DNA of 17,486 nucleotides. Source: Gemmatimonadota bacterium. Its GTDB lineage: Bacteria; Gemmatimonadota; Gemmatimonadetes; Longimicrobiales; Gaopeijiaceae. Both the position numbers and the translations under genes were made by a program. This document shows, piece after piece, positions 1-9,469 of the stretch; the first letter of the stretch is position 1, and each line of letters begins with the position of its first letter. The DNA is taken from contig JBDHHQ010000096.1 of NCBI GenBank assembly GCA_039589315.1, positions 1-17,486 of the forward strand, given 5' to 3'. Under the pieces are notes generated by a model that did not search any database, was not told the DNA's origin, and saw nothing but the letters and a program-made list of their open reading frames with translations.

Positions 1-162
1 CAGCCCCAGTGGCAGTGGTCGGTGTTCGTGGGCAAGGACGTGACACGCCACACCCTCGAGAACATCGTGATCGACAACTACCTCTTCGGCGTGGCCTCGG
101 TGGCCACGGACGGCAACGAAAGTGTGGTCGTCGTTCCGGAGGGGCAGATCCCCGGACGCTAG
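1..162 (+). CDS. 3' end of a partial gene, probably an M28-family metallopeptidase
   Basis: Frame +1 reads QPQWQWSVFVGKDVTRHTLENIVIDNYLFGVASVATDGNESVVVVPEGQIPGR, TAG at 160-162. The 'PQWQ...TLEN.VIDNY.FGV.SV..DGNES.VV.P' tail resembles C-termini I recall for a group of M28 peptidases; the catalytic domain is outside the window. Not in the ORF track. Confidence 0.6.
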   Translation, partial: QPQWQWSVFVGKDVTRHTLENIVIDNYLFGVASVATDGNESVVVVPEGQIPGR

Positions 163-181
163 GGGGAGCCGGGATCACCGG

Positions 182-3040
<2,859 letters not shown>

Positions 3041-3389
3041 CTCGAAACGCGAATCGCCGGGCCGGGCAGGGCGAGAATACGCGGGACGCGCCACCGAATC
3101 CAGCCTGGCGCAAGGTGCGGCGATGATGCCGGTAAGCTATCGCATTCCCCGGGAAAAGCGAGACACCATCGGCGCCCGTGTGCAGAGGCCACGATGCCAG
3201 CCAAACCATGCGGCCAGGCCCCGCGCGACCCGGTTGATACGAGCCGACGTCACGGGCAGGATGAAGGCGTGGAGATTCGAAAAGGGTGGCGCGCCGTCCT
3301 GCCGGCGCTGGCCCGGCGGGCCACGCACCGTGATGGCAGGCTTCCGCATCGCCGGGTAGCTTCTGGGGACCCACCTCCAGGAGGACCCA

Positions 3390-4196
3390 TTGCCGGACCA
3401 GCTTGAACTCACCCCCGCGGCCTTCCGGACGGTCACGGAGGTCGCCGTTCCCGGGCCAGTGCCCAGAATCGCCCATCCGGAGTGGTCGCGGGCGTTTCCG
3501 TGGCTGTGCCAGGGATCCACCATTCCGGGACCCGATCGGGCTTTCGACATGGGCCTTTTCGGTGTGTCTCCGAGCAGCGAGGTCCAGGGTCGGTGGGCCA
3601 GCCTGGCCGAGAGCGTGGGCTTCCCTCGGGTGGTGCACGCGCGTCAGGTGCACGGCGCCCGTATCGCCGTGCACGAGGTAAAGGTCGAGGTGGAGGCCGC
3701 CGGGCGGTGGGTGGCGGGAGAGTACGACGGTCACGTGACCCGGGTCCCCGGCACGCTGCTGACGGTGGCCACCGCCGACTGCGTGCCGGTTTCGGTGGTG
3801 GACCCGGAGCGCCGGGCAGTGGGCCTCCTCCACGCCGGGTGGAGGGGCACCGTCGCCGGCGTACTGGAAGCCGGCTTGGCCGTCCTGGCCTCGGCGACGT
3901 CGGTGCCAGCCGCCACCTGCCACGTCCACCTGGGCCCGGCCATATGCGGGGACTGCTACGAGGTAGGTCCGGAGGTCCACGAGGCGCTGGGACTACCGGT
4001 GCCCGCCGAGCCGACCCCCGTGGACCTCCGGTCGAATCTCGCCCGCCGGGCAGTTGCGGCTGGCGTTGCCGCGCGGAACGTCAGCGTCTCCTCGCTGTGC
4101 ACGCGCTGCGGCGACGGTGGGCTGTATTCTCACCGCGCCGGCGACCGGGGCCGGCAGGTGACCGTGCTCGGCATCGTGCCGGAACGGCGCCCGTGA
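3390..4196 (+). CDS. pgeF: PgeF/YfiH-family protein (laccase-like domain, purine nucleoside phosphorylase-type)
   Basis: QVHG, TADCVPV, HAGWRG, LGPAICGDCYEVG, CT...YSHR...GRQ motifs; His-Cys-His triad intact. AGGAGG at 3379-3384 precedes TTG 3390. Confidence 0.92.
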   Translation: MPDQLELTPAAFRTVTEVAVPGPVPRIAHPEWSRAFPWLCQGSTIPGPDRAFDMGLFGVSPSSEVQGRWASLAESVGFPRVVHARQVHGARIAVHEVKVEVEAAGRWVAGEYDGHVTRVPGTLLTVATADCVPVSVVDPERRAVGLLHAGWRGTVAGVLEAGLAVLASATSVPAATCHVHLGPAICGDCYEVGPEVHEALGLPVPAEPTPVDLRSNLARRAVAAGVAARNVSVSSLCTRCGDGGLYSHRAGDRGRQVTVLGIVPERRP

Positions 4197-4384
4197 CGCC
4201 CCCGCGGGTGGGTCTCTGCGCCGCTTGTTTGCACCTCCGGGTTGTGCAGAGCCGGACCGGCTCACGATTCTCCCTGTGCCGGCGGTCCAAGACGGATAGC
4301 CGTTTTCCGCGGTACCCGGAGCTGCCCGTGCTCCGGTGCACCGGCTTCGAGGCGCGCGACCCACCGACGGAGAGAAGCGAATGA
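4193..4384 (+). CDS. Small 63-aa Cys-rich hypothetical protein (C9xxC12, C29, C49), possibly metal-binding
   Basis: MTPPRVGLCAACLHLRVVQSRTGSRFSLCRRSKTDSRFPRYPELPVLRCTGFEARDPPTERSE. GTG start overlaps the pgeF stop (GTGA 4193-4196) and its stop overlaps the next ATG (ATGA 4381-4384), so it fills the gap exactly. It appears in the ORF track only as the tail of 3482..4384. Confidence 0.8.
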   Translation: MTPPRVGLCAACLHLRVVQSRTGSRFSLCRRSKTDSRFPRYPELPVLRCTGFEARDPPTERSE

Positions 4385-4854
4385 CCGATCCGTTCTACGT
4401 GGCCGAAACCGAGGTCCGGAAGATCCGCGGCGTTCACAGGAGGGCCCGGCTGGGAGACGGCACGTCCGTCGATTTCGGTGTTCACGGGACGATCAGGTCG
4501 TACTACGGGCTGGACGACGAGCCCAACCTGCCGCTCCCGGTGGACTACGTCGTCGCCGCCGCCGCCGGCTGACTGCTGGGAACCCTCAACGGCGCACTGG
4601 AGGTGCGCGGGATCAAGCTGGCCCCCGAGGCGCTTCGCTCCACCGCCAGGGGCATCAACGAGCTGAGGGACCGGATTCCGGTTCTGACCCGGATCGAGGT
4701 TCACTACCAACTGCGCATTCCCCGGGGAAGTCGCAGCACGGTGGATCGCGCCCTCACCCGGCACGTCGACAAGTGTCCGACGGCCCAATCCCTGAAGGGG
4801 GCCGTGCACGTGACGTGGACGGCCGAGATCGTGGAGGAGCAGACGGAGGGCTGA
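4381..4854 (+). CDS. OsmC/Ohr-family protein, predicted selenoprotein (157 aa; in-frame TGA at 4570-4572 read as Sec64)
   Basis: Track ORFs 4336..4572 and 4603..4854 are in one frame, separated only by a TGA. Read-through gives ...PLPVDYVVAAAAG-U-LLGTLNGALEVRGI...LTRIEVHYQL...RALTRHVDKCPTAQSLKG. This matches the OsmC pattern P.E/D....A.agC followed by CP...SL, with TGA at the first Cys. GGAG at 4369-4372 lies 8 nt before ATG 4381. Confidence 0.88.
4573..4618 (+). promoter_or_regulatory. Candidate bacterial SECIS element
   Basis: Upper stem GCGCAC (4592-4597) pairs perfectly with GTGCGC (4603-4608) around loop TGGAG (4598-4602). There are 25 nt between the TGA and the loop, and the loop has G at position 2. 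A lower stem CCC 4583-4585 / GGG 4609-4611 is possible. Folded by eye only. Confidence 0.7.
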
Positions 4855-5024
4855 GCCGGGGGGAAGAGCTGACCGGAACGCATCGGGGCCGGAATGGTGG
4901 GGACCCTGCCCGGAGGCCAAGGGCGTCCCGGAACACTCCCGAGCACGGAAGAGTTGGACTCGCAGGGCCTCGGGGCCCGATACGCCCAAGACTGCGTCGG
5001 CATCGGGGGTGCCCGGCAACGCCG

Positions 5025-5046
5025 AGCTCCCCGGGCCCGGGGAGCT
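5025..5046. repeat. Perfect 22-bp palindrome AGCTCCCCGGGCCCGGGGAGCT
   Basis: The sequence equals its own reverse complement. Intergenic, 66 bp upstream of the GT2 ATG, with no poly-T tail on either strand. Confidence 0.9.
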
Positions 5047-5076
5047 GCACCCGAGGTCCATGGCGCTGCACCCGAG
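5044..5076. repeat. 12-bp direct repeat GCTGCACCCGAG x2, 21-bp period
   Basis: Exact copies at 5044-5055 and 5065-5076. Confidence 0.85.
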
Positions 5077-5112
5077 ACCCAGGGCAAGGAAGGACGGTAG
5101 GACAGCGACGAC

Positions 5113-6675
5113 ATGCCGCACATCCTCTCGGTAGCGGTCCTGGTACTCACGGCCGCGGTGCTCGCGCTGCTCCTGCCGTTCGCGACGCACCGGTCGTATC
5201 TGCTTTGGCTGGCGTACGGCCGGCGGCGCGGCGATCACCGGGCCGAGCCCCCCGGGCGCCGTCCACGGGTGGATCCTCTCCCCCGGGTGACGATCCAACT
5301 GCCGATCTACAACGAGCGTGCCGTGGTGGCGCGCCTGATCGACGCGGCGTGTCAGGTCGACTATCCCCAGGACCTGCTCGAGGTACAGGTCCTGGACGAC
5401 TCCAACGACGAGACCGTGGAGCTGGCAGCTGCACGGGTGGCCCACTGGCGATCCCGCGGGCTGCGGGTGGACCACGTGCGCAGGGCGGAGCGGACCGGCT
5501 TCAAGGCGGGCGCGCTGGCGAACGGCGCCGCCAGCGCCCGGGGAGAGTTCCTCCTGGTGCTGGACGCCGATTTCGTGGCGCCCCCGGACCTCGTCCGGTC
5601 CCTCCTGGAGCCCTTCCAGGATCCGGCCGTGGGGATGGTGCAGGCCCGGTGGGATCATCTGAACGAGACGGAGAACGGACTCACCCGTGCCCAGGCGTCG
5701 TTCCTCGACGGACACTTCTACTTCGAGCAGGGCGGCCGGTACCATGGGGGGCGCTTCTTCAACTTCAACGGCACGGGCGGGATGTGGCGGAAGACCTGCC
5801 TGATGGACGCCGGCGGGTGGCAGGCGGACACCCTCACGGAAGACCTGGACCTGAGCTACCGGGCACAGATGCGCGGCTGGCGCTTCGTCTTCCTGGAGGA
5901 CGTGGGCGTGCCCGGCGAGATCCCGGCCTCCGTGAGCGCCTTGAAAGTGCAGCAGCGGCGATGGTCCCAGGGGGGTATCCAGACGGCCCGGAAGGTCCTG
6001 CCCGACCTCCTCCGCGGTCCCTGGCCTCTGTCCGTGAAGGGTGAGGCCGTCATCCACCTGGGCGGCCACATCGCCCACCCGCTGACGCTCATGCTCGGCC
6101 TGCTCCTGTTCCCCTCGGCCGTAGCTCGTCGGGGCCTGGGACTCGAGGAGTACCTCTTCCTGGACCTGGTGGTCTTCGCCATGGCCACGTTGCCGTTCAT
6201 GGTCTTCTACGCGGCGGCGGCGCGCCGGAGGGGCAAGCCCTGGCGAGGGATGGTTGGCAGGGTGGTGGGTGTGCTGTCCGTGGGCATCGGGCTTTCGGCG
6301 CCCGTGAGTCGCGCCGTTGCGCGCGGCCTGCGTGGTACGCCGGATCCCTTCGTGCGCACCCCCAAGCAGGGCTGGGAAACGAGGGCCGGGTACCGTGCTC
6401 CGGGGGCGGCGCGCGATGTGGCCTTCGAGCTGGGTCTGGCGGGGCTGATGCTGTCGTATCTGGTTGCCGCGATGGCGGGCGGCTACTACGCCTCCATTCC
6501 GTTCATCGCCCTATTCGCCTCCGGCTATCTGCGCCTGGGCCTGGGCGGCCTCTCCTCCGCCGGTTCCGCGGCGGCGGATCGCGTCGAAGAGCAAGAGGCC
6601 CCAGAAGGGCAGCCAGATCACCGCCCGAGCCCACGCGGGCTGCGGCCAGTCGCCGGTCTCGTGGTAGGCGGATAG
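5113..6675 (+). CDS. Cellulose synthase-like family 2 glycosyltransferase, membrane-bound
   Basis: VTIQLPIYNE, VLDDS, GFKAGAL, LDADF, VQARW, FNGTGG.WR, LTEDLDL and QQRRW (D,D,D,QxxRW signature); one N-terminal and several C-terminal hydrophobic helices; F.RTPK motif. Confidence 0.92.
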   Translation: MPHILSVAVLVLTAAVLALLLPFATHRSYLLWLAYGRRRGDHRAEPPGRRPRVDPLPRVTIQLPIYNERAVVARLIDAACQVDYPQDLLEVQVLDDSNDETVELAAARVAHWRSRGLRVDHVRRAERTGFKAGALANGAASARGEFLLVLDADFVAPPDLVRSLLEPFQDPAVGMVQARWDHLNETENGLTRAQASFLDGHFYFEQGGRYHGGRFFNFNGTGGMWRKTCLMDAGGWQADTLTEDLDLSYRAQMRGWRFVFLEDVGVPGEIPASVSALKVQQRRWSQGGIQTARKVLPDLLRGPWPLSVKGEAVIHLGGHIAHPLTLMLGLLLFPSAVARRGLGLEEYLFLDLVVFAMATLPFMVFYAAAARRRGKPWRGMVGRVVGVLSVGIGLSAPVSRAVARGLRGTPDPFVRTPKQGWETRAGYRAPGAARDVAFELGLAGLMLSYLVAAMAGGYYASIPFIALFASGYLRLGLGGLSSAGSAAADRVEEQEAPEGQPDHRPSPRGLRPVAGLVVGG

Positions 6676-7869
6676 CCCCCAGTAGCCCAGGAAGATGAGG
6701 CCGGTCAGGAGGATCCACGGCCGGTTCGACCGCAGCGCCGCGAAGGGGAGCACCCAGAGGACGTACCACGGATGCACGGTCGGCGACAGGGCCAGTCCGG
6801 CCCCGAGGATCCAGAAGAGAGCCCGCTCCGCGTCGAAGCGACGCACCGTGGCGAAAGCGATCACACTCAACACCAGTAGTCCCGCCAGCAACCGGGGCCT
6901 CCGGCCTCCCTCGCCGGCGACGGCTTCGAGGAGGAGGAATGCCCCTTCGTTGGCCCGCCAGTCCCGGGCATAGGTGGCGAGCCCCCGCCACAGGGCAGGT
7001 CCCGCACCCAGGTAGGGGAGGTAGAACAGCAGGCCGACGACGCCGGCGGTCACGGCGAGCTTCCAGCCGTGGCGCCGGACCAGAGGCGGCAGCGCAGCGG
7101 CCGGCGCGAACTTGGTGAGCGTGGCCAGCGCCAGGAGGGCACCGGTGACCGCGGCGGGCGCGGTGCCCCGTGGTCGACCGCCGGCGGCAACGGAGACCGA
7201 CAACAGCGCGGCCATCCAGAAGAGCCCCAGAACCTCGACGTGGCCGCTCCACGCCGTCTCCACGATGAGCAGCGGCGACCACAGATACAGAACGGCGACC
7301 ACGCCGACGCTTCGTCCGGTCCGCCCGGCGACGCGGAGGAGTATGGCCGCCGTCGCCAGATCGAGGGCCAGCCAGAGGAGCTTGGCAGCAAGTATCGAGC
7401 TCCCGGCCACCGCCACGAGCACGAAGGCCAGCTGGGCGGCCGGCGGGTAGATCGTGGAGATGCCCGGATGATTGATGAGACCGTGCCACGGCGTGCGGAT
7501 GGCGGCGAGCGCAGGGTCGTCGGGGGCGTAGATGTAGGGGTTGACGCCCGAGAGCTGGACGTGACCGTCCCAGAGGTAGCGATACACGTCGTCCGAGAGC
7601 TCTGGCGAGAGGGGGATCAGGGCCAGCCGAAGGACGATCGCCATGCCCCAGACGAGGCGCAGGTCGACCCTTCGCCCCTGGTCCGCCATGTTCGCGGTGG
7701 TGGCCCGGGGCGCGGGCGAGGCGACCAAGGTCGCCGCCCACGCGTAGGCCGCGAAGGCGACGAAAAAGAGGAGGAGTCCCGGAAAGGGCTCGGGGCGACC
7801 GGGCTGCCACCCGAGGACCGCCAGGGCCACGAGCTCCACGGAGCCAGCCAGGATCAGGATACGGTGCAC
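6511..7869 (-). CDS. Multi-pass membrane glycosyltransferase, GT87/DUF2029-like (GT-C fold)
   Basis: LSDDVYRYLWDG, GVNPY, TIYPPAAQ, YLWSPLLIVE...GH.E, TKFAP, TVHPWY motifs and many hydrophobic segments. Likely start is GTG 7869 (MHRILILAG) with GGAG 7 nt upstream; the track start at 8166 would overlap the divergent GT2. Confidence 0.8.
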   Translation of the reverse strand: MHRILILAGSVELVALAVLGWQPGRPEPFPGLLLFFVAFAAYAWAATLVASPAPRATTANMADQGRRVDLRLVWGMAIVLRLALIPLSPELSDDVYRYLWDGHVQLSGVNPYIYAPDDPALAAIRTPWHGLINHPGISTIYPPAAQLAFVLVAVAGSSILAAKLLWLALDLATAAILLRVAGRTGRSVGVVAVLYLWSPLLIVETAWSGHVEVLGLFWMAALLSVSVAAGGRPRGTAPAAVTGALLALATLTKFAPAAALPPLVRRHGWKLAVTAGVVGLLFYLPYLGAGPALWRGLATYARDWRANEGAFLLLEAVAGEGGRRPRLLAGLLVLSVIAFATVRRFDAERALFWILGAGLALSPTVHPWYVLWVLPFAALRSNRPWILLTGLIFLGYWGLSAYHETGDWPQPAWARAVIWLPFWGLLLFDAIRRRGTGGGEAAQAQAQIAGGE

Positions 7870-7959
7870 CCCCACACTCCCCGTTCGCGAGACGTCGACG
7901 GCGCTGCAGCCACGGGCTCCGCGCCTCACCCCCAGCCGGACCCCCCCTCGGCAGGCACG

Positions 7960-8664
7960 GTGGCCGTTCTCATCCCTGCGCTGAACGAAGAGGCGTCCCT
8001 GCCCGGTGTCCTCGCCGCCATCCCCAGGGATACCGTCCAACATGTGGTCGTAGCCGACAACGGGTCCACTGACCGCACCGCGGAGGTGGCCCGGGACAGT
8101 GGAGCCACCGTCGTGGCCGAGCCCCGGCGGGGGTACGGCGCCGCCTGTCTGGCGGGACTGACGCATCTGGCTGATCTACCAACCGCTCCGGCGGTCGTGG
8201 CGTTCCTGGACGCGGACCAGAGCGACGACCCGGGCGAGATCCGCCGCCTCGTAGACCCGATCCTGGCGGGGACGGCGGACATGGTGATCGGGATCCGCGA
8301 GAGCGCGGGCGGGGGTCAACGAAGCGTTCCCGCGCACGCACGTCTGGGGAACGCGCTGGTGCTGGGCCTGGCCCGCGTGCTGTTCGGAGCCCGCTTCCGG
8401 GACCTGGGGCCGTACCGGGCCATCCGCTTCGAGTCGCTCCGCTCCCTGGAGATGGACGACCAGAATTGGGGATGGACGCTCCAGATGCAGATTCGCGCCG
8501 CGCTGCGAGGCCTGCGGGTGCTGGAGATTCCCGTGAGCCACCGGGAGCGGGCCGCGGGCACATCCAAGGTGTCCGGCTCTGCGATCGGCTCGGTTCAGGC
8601 CGGCGGCAAGATGCTGTACACCCTGGTCAGGGAGCGTCTGCGAGCGCCTCGAGGAAGTCGCTGA
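7960..8664 (+). CDS. Family 2 glycosyltransferase, DPM1-like (polyprenol-phosphate sugar synthase type)
   Basis: VAVLIPALNEE, VVADNGSTDRT, RGYGAAC, FLDAD.SDDP, F.DLGPYRAI, WGWTLQMQ, SKVSG. Start is uncertain (GTG 7960, or in-frame GTG 7864). The track extension to 7069 is antisense to the GT87-like gene. Confidence 0.88.
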   Translation: MAVLIPALNEEASLPGVLAAIPRDTVQHVVVADNGSTDRTAEVARDSGATVVAEPRRGYGAACLAGLTHLADLPTAPAVVAFLDADQSDDPGEIRRLVDPILAGTADMVIGIRESAGGGQRSVPAHARLGNALVLGLARVLFGARFRDLGPYRAIRFESLRSLEMDDQNWGWTLQMQIRAALRGLRVLEIPVSHRERAAGTSKVSGSAIGSVQAGGKMLYTLVRERLRAPRGSR

Positions 8665-9469
8665 CGAGCTGAAGTGAGCGGTGCGGTACCTCGTCGGGCG
8701 GTAGGTGGCCGCAGCCCTCCAGCATCGCCAATTCTGCCCGCGGCAGCGTCGCCGCCAGCCGCTCACCGACCCACGGTGGAATCACCCGGTCCTGGTTACC
8801 CCAGATCAGCTTGGCCGGGATGTCCAGCTCCGGGTAGCGGGCCACGATGCTATCCAGGTCGGGTGGCACGATCCGCCGTGCCGTGGAGATGAGGGCGTAG
8901 CGGGCGTCGGGTTCGGCCAGGGGGTGGGCATACCCATCGACCATGTCCTGGGTCACGCACGCCCTGTCGTGCACGATGGCCCGCAGAACCAGCCGGACCA
9001 GCCCGCGGGGAGGGGAGCGTCTGAGGCTCGAGATGGGGATGGGAGGGAGGCGGGCCATCCCGATGAAGCGAGGCACCCGCTGGGGGAAGGAGGCGCTGGC
9101 GATCAGAACGAGGGCCCGAACCCGGTGTAACGCGCCAGCGTCCAGCAACCGCAGGGCGGTGAGCAGCGCGACTCCGCCTCCCAGGGAATGTCCGACCAGC
9201 GTGACACCGTCGAGGGCGCGCTCGTCCAGCAACCCGTGCACCGCAGCCGCGTGATCGTGGGGGGAATAGCGGTCATCCCGGGGGGCGGGAGATCGGCCGA
9301 ATCCTTTCAGGTCGGCCACGTGAACGTGATGGGTGCGGGCGAGCGTGGGTACCCAGTGTCTCCATGTGAAGCCGCTGCCTCCGAAGCCGTGGAGCAGGAG
9401 CAACGGCCTACCCTGCCCGTGCTCCTCCACGTGAAGGCGGGGCAGGGAGATGTCGCGTGGGGTCTTCAA
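8627..9469 (-). CDS. Alpha/beta fold hydrolase
   Basis: LLLHGFGG, DLKGFG.S, nucleophile elbow GHSLGG, WGNQD (acid), GCGH (His). Probable TTG start at 9469 overlaps the upstream TGA (TTGA 9469-9466). Confidence 0.9.
   Translation of the reverse strand: MKTPRDISLPRLHVEEHGQGRPLLLLHGFGGSGFTWRHWVPTLARTHHVHVADLKGFGRSPAPRDDRYSPHDHAAAVHGLLDERALDGVTLVGHSLGGGVALLTALRLLDAGALHRVRALVLIASASFPQRVPRFIGMARLPPIPISSLRRSPPRGLVRLVLRAIVHDRACVTQDMVDGYAHPLAEPDARYALISTARRIVPPDLDSIVARYPELDIPAKLIWGNQDRVIPPWVGERLAATLPRAELAMLEGCGHLPPDEVPHRSLQLVSDFLEALADAP

Noticed and set aside
4194..4196. Possible Sec read-through at other TGA stops (pgeF 4194-4196, mini-protein 4382-4384, 9466-9468, 12021-12023)
   Set aside because: Each ends an apparently complete protein and overlaps the next gene's start codon, as in ordinary translational coupling.
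4336..4854. Reading the region as two small genes (78 aa and 83 aa) or as a nonsense pseudogene
   Set aside because: The stop is TGA at the expected catalytic Cys, a SECIS-like hairpin follows, and neither half shows other decay; recoding explains this better, though a pseudogene is not formally excluded.
4894..5100. 68-aa ORF in the intergenic region before the GT2 gene
   Set aside because: No clear RBS or motif, Gly/Arg/Pro-rich composition, and it runs across the palindrome and repeat.
4081..6078. 665-aa minus-strand ORF and 600-aa plus-strand ORF (4242..6044)
   Set aside because: Both overlap well-supported genes in other frames and have low-complexity or antisense-shadow composition.
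7069..7863. Long N-terminal extension of the DPM1-like GT2 given by the ORF track
   Set aside because: It is the antisense frame of the GT87-like gene; GT2 similarity begins only near 7960.
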